Source: a virus (lineage: Duplodnaviria > Caudoviricetes). From it: a DNA stretch of 45,741 nt. The translations under genes and the position numbers were made by a program. The notes under the pieces are model-generated. The model was not told the DNA's origin, did not search any database, and worked only from the letters and a program-made list of their open reading frames with translations. Every line of letters begins with the position of its first letter. Positions within the stretch are counted from its first letter, which is position 1. Below, piece by piece: positions 24,559 to 33,053 of the stretch. The stretch covers positions 1-45,741 of the IMG/VR virus record IMGVR_UViG_3300049135_000061; one strand, given 5' to 3'.

Positions 24559-25466
24559 CAGGACCCCTGGAAGGTTGCGTAGTTCGGCGTCTCGGCGAAC
24601 TGCCTGTCTCGCTCGCGCTGGAGCCCTTCGGCGTACAGCGCCGCGTAGGTCTGCACGGCCTGCTGAATGTCCCGGGTGGACACGAGCTGGGACCGCTCCA
24701 TGGACTCCACGGACGTCTGCTGGAGGCGTGCGGAGAGCACACCGGGCAGGAGGCGTTTGCAGGCGTCCCACACAACCAGGTCGGCTACCCTCTCGGGGTA
24801 GCCGGTGATCGCTTCGAAGTCGTCCGCCCCGGCGGACAGCGTGGCCGGGGGCTTGGTGTAGACGACCCGGACGTTCTGTCCGGGGGTGACGCCATCGAAT
24901 AGCTGGATGCTCTTCCCTGTGGGGAAGTCCGTCGTGTACGCCTGGGGGTTGTAGCGCCAGTTGGGCATGGGGGCGCTGACTCTCTCCGGGCCGACCCAGC
25001 GGCCCACCACATACCAGACGCCCCGCGCCTCGGCAGGCAGCGGGTATTCCACCTGGGCGGCGTTGTACGCGAAGTCCGTGGAGGCGAAGATCTCCAGCGC
25101 CGGGTACAACCCGGTGATGGCGTCGTTGATGCGGTCCTTGATGGACTGCCGGGGGAAGGAGGGGGTGGACGTCACGAGCGCGTTCGTGCTGTGCGCGGCG
25201 GCCGTCGTACCCTCGCGGCCCCGGCCGTTCGTCAGACCCAGCACGGTGGCCGTGCCGCTCTGCAAGTCGTAGCTCTTGACCAGGATCAGCTCGTCATCGA
25301 TCTCGACCAGACCCCGCGAGAGCCGGTCCACCGTGGCGGTGTCCACGATGAAGCTCGTGTCATCCGCGTCCATCGGCGCGGCCAGCTCCGACATGGACTC
25401 CTGGTCCAGCGTGAAACCCTTCAGCTCCTGCCGGACTCTCGTAACGAGCTGATCGAAGGTCGGCAT
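24558..25466 (-). CDS. Head-tail adaptor / tail tubular A-like protein
   Basis: 302 aa; MPTFDQLVTRVRQEL; position. Confidence 0.6.
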   Translation of the reverse strand: MPTFDQLVTRVRQELKGFTLDQESMSELAAPMDADDTSFIVDTATVDRLSRGLVEIDDELILVKSYDLQSGTATVLGLTNGRGREGTTAAAHSTNALVTSTPSFPRQSIKDRINDAITGLYPALEIFASTDFAYNAAQVEYPLPAEARGVWYVVGRWVGPERVSAPMPNWRYNPQAYTTDFPTGKSIQLFDGVTPGQNVRVVYTKPPATLSAGADDFEAITGYPERVADLVVWDACKRLLPGVLSARLQQTSVESMERSQLVSTRDIQQAVQTYAALYAEGLQRERDRQFAETPNYATFQGS

Positions 25467-25467
25467 G

Positions 25468-25845
25468 TCAGGCCGCCATCATCGCGGCCGTGCACGTGCC
25501 CGTGCCCGACGTGGAGCTGAGGCTGGTGCGGTAGAACCGGAACGCCCTGCCGGTGCTGGAGGCGGTTACCGTGCCTCCGGCCGTTAGCGCCACCGTGGTG
25601 CCCGTGGAGACCCACGTAGCCCCATCCAAGGAACCCTCGATGGTCAGCGTGCCGGCCAGCGTGCCGGTGCCCACCGCCACGACGGTGGCTGTCGTGTGCG
25701 CAGCGCCCAGACTCACTGTGGTACCCGTGGCTGCGCCGGTCACGGCGCTCAGCGTTGCGGCAGCCGACCGGGAGCCGGTCGTAGAGAGCTGTGCCCCATC
25801 CGCGTCCACGGTGGTGGAGTCGATGGAGACCTTCATCTCTGCCAT
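25468..25845 (-). CDS. Thr/Gly-rich virion protein
   Basis: TIEGSLDGATW beta-sandwich motif. Confidence 0.65.
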   Translation of the reverse strand: MAEMKVSIDSTTVDADGAQLSTTGSRSAAATLSAVTGAATGTTVSLGAAHTTATVVAVGTGTLAGTLTIEGSLDGATWVSTGTTVALTAGGTVTASSTGRAFRFYRTSLSSTSGTGTCTAAMMAA

Positions 25846-25846
25846 G

Positions 25847-26131
25847 TCAGGCCCCCTCGGGCATTGGAGCAGCCTTGGAGAAGTCGCGGCCGTACGCCGC
25901 TCCAGCGGCCTCGGACGCCCTCAGGGCGGCCATGACCTTGGGGCGGGTGGTCCCGTCGGGCTGGATGCCCTGAGCCCGTGCGGAGCGGTACAGGGCCAGG
26001 TCGTTGTCCCAGCGCTTCTGTTCGGTGGCGTCACCGCCGCCGATGCCGCAGTAGGCGACGCGCATGTTGGCCGCACGGGCGCACTCGCCCCACGTGGCGT
26101 GGTCCTGAGTCGGGCAGCCGGTGCGGCACAT
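25847..26131 (-). CDS. Hypothetical protein (MCRTGCPTQDHATWGEC...)
   Basis: GGGGAG RBS; TGATG coupling. Confidence 0.7.
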   Translation of the reverse strand: MCRTGCPTQDHATWGECARAANMRVAYCGIGGGDATEQKRWDNDLALYRSARAQGIQPDGTTRPKVMAALRASEAAGAAYGRDFSKAAPMPEGA

Positions 26132-26262
26132 CAGTGCAGCTCCCCATCCTGCGCACCCTCGGTACGCACGGGGATCTGGACGCAAGCGTCCCGGCAGTCC
26201 TGCTCGTTGCCGTTGGTGATGGTGCTGTTGCCGCCCTGGGTGGCCGGCTGGCAGTTGTCCAT
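26131..26262 (-). CDS. Small hypothetical protein (43 aa)
   Basis: Hand translated; fills the gap with TGATG coupling. Confidence 0.5.
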   Translation of the reverse strand: MDNCQPATQGGNSTITNGNEQDCRDACVQIPVRTEGAQDGELH

Positions 26263-26269
26263 GTCGCCC

Positions 26270-26542
26270 TCACAAGGCGGTGAAGTTCGATTCCGTGACG
26301 CCGACGCCGCCCGCTATCAGGGCGGCCTTCGTGGCGTCGTCCACGACGTACTCATGGCCGCCGATGTAGGCGACCGTTGCCGCTGCAATCTCGTCCTCTG
26401 TCGGGTAGCGCACTGCGGTGTACGTGCCGCTGCGGTTGAAGATGGTGATCCCGCGAGCGAGCTTGTAGAACCGCATGAGCCTGCTGCCCGGGACGGCCGG
26501 ACCCTCATCAACGGACGGGGTCCGGAACGTCCACGCAGCCAT
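26270..26542 (-). CDS. Hypothetical virion-region protein
   Basis: Follows the capsid gene. Confidence 0.7.
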   Translation of the reverse strand: MAAWTFRTPSVDEGPAVPGSRLMRFYKLARGITIFNRSGTYTAVRYPTEDEIAAATVAYIGGHEYVVDDATKAALIAGGVGVTESNFTAL

Positions 26543-26544
26543 CG

Positions 26545-27519
26545 TCAGGAGGAGTTGATCGAGGACGACGTTTCGGCGCGGATCAGCGCCTCGTTGCGGT
26601 AGATCTTCCAGCCCGCGACGCCGTACCAGCCGAGCGGCCGGAAGCGGCCCAGCTTGTCCACGATGGGACCGGCCACGACGTGGAACTCCTCCGCCACGGC
26701 CTCCGCCAGAGCCTCCTGGCCCGCGTAGTACGTGCGGAACCGGCGGACAGTGTTGTCACCGGTACCGGCGTCCACCGCGTTGTAGCAACGGGGGCTCTCG
26801 ATGTAGAAGGCGCCCTCATAGGCGCCGATCTCACCCGCCCAGATGTTGCCGGCCGCGCTGTAGTTGTGCGGGTCGCGCCAGGCGGCGGAGCCGGTCTCCG
26901 CCCGGAGGTCGTGGGAAACCTCGGGGTGGATGGCGGCCCAGTACAGGCCGCCCCGGATCGGAACGGCCTTGTTCGCGCGGAGCTTGGCCGTGGCCAGGCG
27001 GCCGATGCCGGAAGTGAACGTGTCGGTTGCAGCCATCGTGGTGGCGACCGGGGCAGACACGGTGCCGTTGGTGGCGTAGCTGGTGGTGCCAGCCTTGCGC
27101 TGGATGACGTTGGTGCCGGAGCGCAGCTCCGTCTGAACCACGACGTCCATGGAGTCAGCGGCGTTGAACGCGATCATGTTCGCGATGGCCGGGTCCACGT
27201 CGGTGAGGCTGAACAGGTGCAGCTTGCGCGTCCGAAGGACGACGTTGCCGTACTCGTTGAGCGTCAGCGTGATGGTGGACGGGTTGCTCAGGGCGACCGA
27301 GTCGGGGTCGGTCGTCTCCGTGAGCGCCGTGGTGGCGGTCGCCAGGTCGGAGTACTTCTCCAGGACGATGGACCCGCCGGGGCCCGTCATGTTGTTCGGT
27401 CGCTTGGAAGCGACGGCACGGAACATCGGCTGCGATCTCAGCGCGAAGCCGAAAGTCTTGTCGTACGCGGTCTGGACCGCGTTGGACATAGCTGAGGTGT
27501 CGGTGTACGCGTTGGCCAT
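26545..27519 (-). CDS. Major capsid protein (N4-gp56-like, HK97 fold)
   Basis: 324 aa; L.EYGN, IHP.V..DL, GEIG.YEG..YIES, D.LGRFRP.GWY. Confidence 0.85.
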   Translation of the reverse strand: MANAYTDTSAMSNAVQTAYDKTFGFALRSQPMFRAVASKRPNNMTGPGGSIVLEKYSDLATATTALTETTDPDSVALSNPSTITLTLNEYGNVVLRTRKLHLFSLTDVDPAIANMIAFNAADSMDVVVQTELRSGTNVIQRKAGTTSYATNGTVSAPVATTMAATDTFTSGIGRLATAKLRANKAVPIRGGLYWAAIHPEVSHDLRAETGSAAWRDPHNYSAAGNIWAGEIGAYEGAFYIESPRCYNAVDAGTGDNTVRRFRTYYAGQEALAEAVAEEFHVVAGPIVDKLGRFRPLGWYGVAGWKIYRNEALIRAETSSSINSS

Positions 27520-27577
27520 GGCCTCTCACCCCCCGCATCAGCGGGCGTTGAAGGAATCGGGGAGAGGTCAGGAGGTC

Positions 27578-28111
27578 TTAGCCCCAGTTGTACTGAGAGC
27601 CGTGCGCCTGCATGAGCTTGGCGAACTCCTCGGGAGTCTGCGCGGCGGCAATGGCCGCAGCGATCTCCTTGTCAGAGCCCTGGGGAGCGGCCACGCCTTG
27701 CGTGCCCTGCTCCATCATGCGCTGCATCTGCTCCTGACCTTCAGCCGGAACGGTGGAGGCTGGCGGCCCGGAAGGGGCCTGCTCCTGGTACTGCTCCTGG
27801 CCCTCGCCAGGGAGCTTCGCCAGTGCACCGCCGTTGGCGGTCAGCCAGTCGTCCAGCTTGTCGGGCGTGCCCGTGTACAGCCCTGCGGCTGCCGGGGCGT
27901 AACCCTTGGCCTTGAGCGCGTCGGCAACCTGGTCCTTGACCTGCTGGGCCTTCAGGCGCTCGTTCTCCGCCGTCAGCTCCTTCACCTGTCCCGAGAGCTT
28001 GGCCAGTCCTTCGCGGAACCACTTGGGCCCCTGCTCGTTGGCGCCTGCCTCGCCCAGGTCCGACGGGTCGCCGGTGGGGTCGAAACCAAAGCTGTACTCG
28101 CTCACTGCCAT
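27578..28111 (-). CDS. Scaffolding protein
   Basis: Coiled coil, immediately upstream of the capsid gene. Confidence 0.7.
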   Translation of the reverse strand: MAVSEYSFGFDPTGDPSDLGEAGANEQGPKWFREGLAKLSGQVKELTAENERLKAQQVKDQVADALKAKGYAPAAAGLYTGTPDKLDDWLTANGGALAKLPGEGQEQYQEQAPSGPPASTVPAEGQEQMQRMMEQGTQGVAAPQGSDKEIAAAIAAAQTPEEFAKLMQAHGSQYNWG

Positions 28112-28203
28112 CTCCCATTCGCTTCGCGGCCTGCTCTTACGCCGGGGTGCGTAGTCGCGCTCCGCTACCGGCCTTATCCGAGGACGGGGCCGGTCGGTCC
28201 GTC

Positions 28204-28221
28204 GGCGCGGGAATGTACATG
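28204..28221 (-). promoter_or_regulatory. Candidate late promoter motif ATGTACATTCCCGCGCC
   Basis: Near-identical to 40990-41005 and 43876-43892. Confidence 0.5.
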
Positions 28222-28266
28222 CGCTAGCAGAAAAGTGCTATCACTATCGCTGGCGTCAGGCAGCAC

Positions 28267-28292
28267 AAAGCCCCCGACCGAAGTCGGGGGCC
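28267..28292 (-). terminator. Intrinsic terminator after the internal-virion genes
   Basis: Minus strand GCCCCCGAC-ttcg-GTCGGGGGC-tttgt. Confidence 0.75.
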
Positions 28293-28403
28293 AGGGCGAT
28301 CCGCCCCCAGGGGCCTCTAACCCCGCTGCGGCGTTGATCCCCGATGGGGCGCGGCGTGGTGCGGGAGGGTCCAGTCACCTGGTCCCGGCCTGCTCCTGGC
28401 GAG

Positions 28404-29558
28404 CTACGTCTGACGATACCCCGCACTGAGGCCCTGGGAGGAGCTGCCGCGCCCGCCGGCAAAGGCCGCCCGCTCCTGGGACTTGAGGCGCTTGCCCTTC
28501 TCGAAGGCGCTCTCCGTGCCCACCGTTTTGGCGGCGCCGGGAGTGAAGACCTCCTGCTCCGCCTCACGCTGCGTCCAGGTGGTGCCGTACCGCTTGGCCA
28601 GGCCCAGCATGCCCTCGAAGCTGTCCGCAATGCGGCCGTACGCCGCTTCGGCCTCCTGTGAGGTGATGCCCAGGGAGGCGTAGGACTCCATGTCCAGCAC
28701 GCTGGAGGCGAAGCCGCGCCGCAGTGCAGCGGCGCCGATGGCCGCCGCTGCGGCCTGCTTGCGCAGCACGGGCTCCGCTCGCTTGCGGTCCAGGAAGTAG
28801 GCGGCCATCTCCCTCTCACCGATGCCGTACATCTGAAACAGGGCGCCCCTGTATGAGGGATCGACCTTGTTCACGGCCTCAGTGGCCATGTCCACGCGGC
28901 TCTTGATCTCGGCCGGGGAGACGTCCCCGGCGATCCACCGCTGGAAGTCCGCCGGATTGTCGTAGAAGCCCTTGGGCATTCCGGCAGAGTCCAAGATCTG
29001 GCGGTACGACGCCTCGGCGGACAGGTACTCCGCCGGAGTCAGCACGGGCAGACCCGCCTTCTTGCGCATCTCGTTGGCTGCGAAGCGCTCCTTGTACTCC
29101 TTGGTGTCCTGGAGCAGCAGGCCGATAGTGTCGGCGCCGAAGCCCTGCTTGACGTACTCGAAGATCTTCCCGGCCAGACTGTCGAGCCCGTACTGACCGA
29201 AGATGCCCTTCAGGGCCAAGAAGGCGTCTCGGTTCTCGCCGCCCAAGAGCTTGTCGTACTCGCCCCTGGCCTCCCAGGCCAGGTTCTGAGCCCGGCCTGA
29301 GTCAATCTTGGCCGTCTCCAGCGTCTTGCGCGTGATGTTCAGCCGGCGCTGGATCTCCATGCGCTGTTTCGGGGACAGCTTGCCCGTCTTGAGCTGCGCT
29401 TCGAAGTTCTTGATCGCTATCTCGGCGTTCGCCGCCTTGCGCTTGTGGCGGGCTACGTCCGCCTCGCGCCGGGAGATCTCGGCCTGGTTGAGCTGCCCCG
29501 GCAGGGGCAGATCCAGCTCGTCCTGGAACTCCTCGGGGATGTACTGCGGTGTCGTCAT
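28404..29558 (-). CDS. Internal virion protein (helical)
   Basis: 384 aa helical ORF between portal and capsid. Confidence 0.65.
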   Translation of the reverse strand: MTTPQYIPEEFQDELDLPLPGQLNQAEISRREADVARHKRKAANAEIAIKNFEAQLKTGKLSPKQRMEIQRRLNITRKTLETAKIDSGRAQNLAWEARGEYDKLLGGENRDAFLALKGIFGQYGLDSLAGKIFEYVKQGFGADTIGLLLQDTKEYKERFAANEMRKKAGLPVLTPAEYLSAEASYRQILDSAGMPKGFYDNPADFQRWIAGDVSPAEIKSRVDMATEAVNKVDPSYRGALFQMYGIGEREMAAYFLDRKRAEPVLRKQAAAAAIGAAALRRGFASSVLDMESYASLGITSQEAEAAYGRIADSFEGMLGLAKRYGTTWTQREAEQEVFTPGAAKTVGTESAFEKGKRLKSQERAAFAGGRGSSSQGLSAGYRQT

Positions 29559-30889
29559 CAGTAGGCCAATCCGAAGTCCTTGGCGACCTGACGGGCCACC
29601 GACATCATCGACTCACGGGCGTTGTTGGTCTTCCGCCACAGCGGGTCACTCCGCAGCTCGTTCTCGAACTGCCACAGCGGCATCTGCGCGCCGCTGCCCT
29701 TGGGCTGGTCCAGTCCTGGCTTCGCCGTCATCGCCTTGGCGATGTGCGGGTTGAACAGGTCGATATCCGATTCCGGAAGCTCCAGGATGGTGGCCGCCGA
29801 CTGGATGTACGGAGCGGCCAAGTCCATGACGTTCATGCCCGCCTTGATCTGCTCCGCATACGCGCTGTACTGCGCGGCAGCGGTCTTGCGGATGTACGCC
29901 TCCAGCGTCTCCAGCGTGCTCTTGCCTGCGATGACGGAACGCGTGTTGTTCTTCATCCAGGTCGTGGAGAACTTCATGCCATTGACGTACGTCAGCTCGT
30001 GGAGCTTGTCCCACACCTCGCCGGCCTCGCCGCCGACGAAGTCGCCGTTGAGGTCAACCCTTGCGCCGAACCACTCCTTGATGCGCTGGTCGCTCCAGCC
30101 CATCGCCAGCGAGTAGTAGATGGCGCTGTCCAGCAGCTTTGTGGGGAAGCTCCCCGGCTTGAGCTGATTGCCCAGCCCTATCTGAACGGCGATGGCGTTC
30201 AGCTTGTGGGCCGCCTCCTTGCGATTCTGCGTCCACGTCGCCGGGTCGGTGAACTTCAGCGTGATGTACTTCCGCAGCGTGCTCGACTGCGTGGACCACC
30301 ACTTGGTGTTCTTGAGGGACGCCTGGAACTTGGCGGCTGACCAGCCGCCGGAGACTGCCTGCTTGAACAGGCTCTTCAGCTCCGGCGAGGAGTTGATGAG
30401 CCCGGCCGACAGGCCGTACTGGGCCGCCAGCTCGTCATCGTCCAGGCGGGGCGTCACGGGGCCCGTGCTGCCGGGGCTACCGCCGCCCCCGGTGACACCT
30501 CCACCGCCCGTATACGTGCCGGCTCGGGCCATCACGGAGTCCACGTAGCCCTTGATAGAGGGCCCGCCGGGCTGAGCCCGGGTGCTGTTGTGGAGATTCG
30601 GGTTGCCGCTGTACCACGCCGACGCGGCGCCTCTGTAGCCGTACTTCTTGACGTAGCCGCCCAGCACACCGCGCACAACGGCGTCCTGTGCCGCGTTGTT
30701 GCGAAGGTACTCCTGGGGCGTCAGTCGGCGGCCGTAGTACTTGGCGGTCCAGCTCGGGATGTTGGCGCCCATCACCTGGTAGCGCCCGTAAGCGCGGTCT
30801 CCACCGACCCAGACGCCGACCGCCCTATAGTTTCCGCCGGACTCCTGCTGGGTCAGCGCCCAGAGGAACGCTTCGAAGGTCATCGCCAT
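29558..30889 (-). CDS. Virion protein with N-terminal lytic transglycosylase/lysozyme-like domain
   Basis: QESGGNY...AYGRYQ...W...AWYSG; C-terminal domain paralogous to 30891-32180. Confidence 0.8.
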   Translation of the reverse strand: MAMTFEAFLWALTQQESGGNYRAVGVWVGGDRAYGRYQVMGANIPSWTAKYYGRRLTPQEYLRNNAAQDAVVRGVLGGYVKKYGYRGAASAWYSGNPNLHNSTRAQPGGPSIKGYVDSVMARAGTYTGGGGVTGGGGSPGSTGPVTPRLDDDELAAQYGLSAGLINSSPELKSLFKQAVSGGWSAAKFQASLKNTKWWSTQSSTLRKYITLKFTDPATWTQNRKEAAHKLNAIAVQIGLGNQLKPGSFPTKLLDSAIYYSLAMGWSDQRIKEWFGARVDLNGDFVGGEAGEVWDKLHELTYVNGMKFSTTWMKNNTRSVIAGKSTLETLEAYIRKTAAAQYSAYAEQIKAGMNVMDLAAPYIQSAATILELPESDIDLFNPHIAKAMTAKPGLDQPKGSGAQMPLWQFENELRSDPLWRKTNNARESMMSVARQVAKDFGLAY

Positions 30890-30890
30890 G

Positions 30891-32180
30891 TCAGGCCAGT
30901 CCCATCTGCGCGAGCACCTGGCGGCCAATGCCGACAGCCTTGTCTGCCGCCGCCGTAGTGCGGCGCCACTGCGGATCATTGCGGACCACGTCCGTGAACT
31001 CCTGGAGGCTCATCGGACGGGGCTTGCCGTCCGAACCCACGCGGTTCAGGGCTTGCTTGATCTTCGGCGAGAACGCGTCAATGTCCGTATCCGGCAGTTG
31101 CAGCTCCTGCGCCATGACCTGGCGGTACGGCTCCGCCAGCTCCTGGACGCTGGCTCCCGCGTTGATCTGCTCGGCGAAGGCCGGATAGAGCCCGGCCGCC
31201 TGCTCGCGCATGGACGCCTGGATCTTCTCCATGGTCGTCACGCCGCGCACCAGGTACTGCGCGTTGTTCAGGACGCTCTGCTCCGAGACCTTCACGCCCA
31301 GGTTGTACGCCTCGCGCTTGATCTCGCGGGCCGCCTGACCAGCCATGCCTCCCAGCACGTTGTCCTTGCCGAACTTGATGTATTGGCCCACGTAGTTCAG
31401 CACCTGCTCCTGGCCCCAGTTGTAATAGACCATGTTGCGAGCAAGGTTCTGGATGTTCTTCTCGCTCATCAGCGCGCCCGCCTTGACGGCGATCTGCCGG
31501 GCCTGGACCCGAGCGGCCTCCATGGTGGCCTGATAGCTCGCGGGGTCGGTCTTCTCCAGCACCTGGGCCTGGCGCACGGTAGAGGAGTTCTTCTTCCACC
31601 AGGCGGAGTTCTTCACCTCCGCCTGGAACTTCTCGGGCGTCCACTGCTCGGCGACGGCGCCGTTGAGCATCTTCCACAGCTCGGGCTGGGACTTGAAGAA
31701 GGCGTACGACATGCCGTAGGTCTCGGCCAACTCGTGGGCGTCGAGACGCGGCGCCACCTCCGGAGCCTCACCGCCGCCCGACGACGGATCGGCGGCCACG
31801 CCCGGCACTCGCCGGCCGCCCATCCAGCGGTCCATGTAGTAGCCCTCGGACAGAGAGCTAATCTTCACCGGAGACCCAGGACGGGGGGCGTGAATGAACT
31901 TGCCCCCGCCCATGTAGATCCCAACGTGGTCCGGTCCCGATCTCTTGCGGTCGGTGTCGAAGAACACGAGATCGCCGGGACGGAGCTTGTCGGGCTGCAC
32001 GCTGTAGCCCACGTTGATTTGGTCGTACGTGACGCGGGGCAACTCGATGCCCATGCGCCGGAAGACCTGTTGCGTCAACCCGGAGCAGTCGATGCCGTTC
32101 TGGAGGTCGTTGCCGCCCCAGACGTACTTCACGCCCAGGCTCTTGCGAGCCAGTTCCACGATGTCCTCGCCGCGTGCCAT
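30891..32180 (-). CDS. Virion protein with N-terminal NlpC/P60 endopeptidase
   Basis: YVWGG...IDCSGL...LPR...PGDLVFF...HVGIY.G.G.FIHAP. Confidence 0.9.
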   Translation of the reverse strand: MARGEDIVELARKSLGVKYVWGGNDLQNGIDCSGLTQQVFRRMGIELPRVTYDQINVGYSVQPDKLRPGDLVFFDTDRKRSGPDHVGIYMGGGKFIHAPRPGSPVKISSLSEGYYMDRWMGGRRVPGVAADPSSGGGEAPEVAPRLDAHELAETYGMSYAFFKSQPELWKMLNGAVAEQWTPEKFQAEVKNSAWWKKNSSTVRQAQVLEKTDPASYQATMEAARVQARQIAVKAGALMSEKNIQNLARNMVYYNWGQEQVLNYVGQYIKFGKDNVLGGMAGQAAREIKREAYNLGVKVSEQSVLNNAQYLVRGVTTMEKIQASMREQAAGLYPAFAEQINAGASVQELAEPYRQVMAQELQLPDTDIDAFSPKIKQALNRVGSDGKPRPMSLQEFTDVVRNDPQWRRTTAAADKAVGIGRQVLAQMGLA

Positions 32181-32183
32181 CGC

Positions 32184-33053
32184 CTACCCCGGGCTTCCGA
32201 AGATCAGGTTCTCCAGGGCTCCTTGATAGGTGGTGACTGCTTGGTTGACCCCGTACTCCTTCTTTCCCTTGATCTGCTGCTCGCCGATGTGAGCGCGCCC
32301 CTCGGCGGTGAGGCCACCGGAGGACTGGGTGTCTTGGCCGATCTGCTGGCCGGTCTCCAGGTTGTACTGCGTGGTGGTGGTCTGCGTGACCGGGTTCGCC
32401 TCCTCGGCGGTGTGCAGCGCCGTGGCAAAGGCGGACAGCTCGCCCGCTCCCGGGTCGCGGCCCATCATGTCCTGGAACAACTTGGTTGCGATGGCGCGGG
32501 CCGTGTCCGGGTCGGTCAGGTCCGTGCGGGTGTCAGTCTGCTGGGCCATGCCGTCGCCCAGGTACACGCCGGGGCCGGCGTACCGCCGCTCGCCCGTGAT
32601 GACGTTGACCTCGAAGGCGCCCTGCTGGCGCCAAGCATCCTTGCCGGCTCCGCCGGCCGCCTTGACGTAGCCGCTGAGCAGATCAAACGGGGTCACCTTC
32701 TGGCCGACGGCGCCGAATTTGCCGGCGGCCTCCACCAGCTTGCGCCATCCCTCTTGGGCCTCGATGACGCCCGAGCCGACGGGCAGGAGCCCGCCCACGA
32801 TGAACTGCGCCAGGAGGTCCCGGCGCTTCTTGTCGTCCCAGCGGTAGAACTCCGCCATGGCTTCGTCGCTGGACAGCCACTTGTCTGACGTCGTGCGAAC
32901 GTACGCGTCAGCCGGACCGGCCTTCCGCTTCACCTTCTGCTGGCTGCCCATGTACACGCGGCCCTCGGCGCCCGCTGAGGCGCCGCCAGCGGCTATCAGG
33001 CCCTCCAGGGCCTTCACCATGCCGGGGTCCGGCCCCGCTGCCCTGATGGCCAT
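32184..33053 (-). CDS. Putative internal virion protein
   Basis: 289 aa ORF, coupled. Confidence 0.65.
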   Translation of the reverse strand: MAIRAAGPDPGMVKALEGLIAAGGASAGAEGRVYMGSQQKVKRKAGPADAYVRTTSDKWLSSDEAMAEFYRWDDKKRRDLLAQFIVGGLLPVGSGVIEAQEGWRKLVEAAGKFGAVGQKVTPFDLLSGYVKAAGGAGKDAWRQQGAFEVNVITGERRYAGPGVYLGDGMAQQTDTRTDLTDPDTARAIATKLFQDMMGRDPGAGELSAFATALHTAEEANPVTQTTTTQYNLETGQQIGQDTQSSGGLTAEGRAHIGEQQIKGKKEYGVNQAVTTYQGALENLIFGSPG

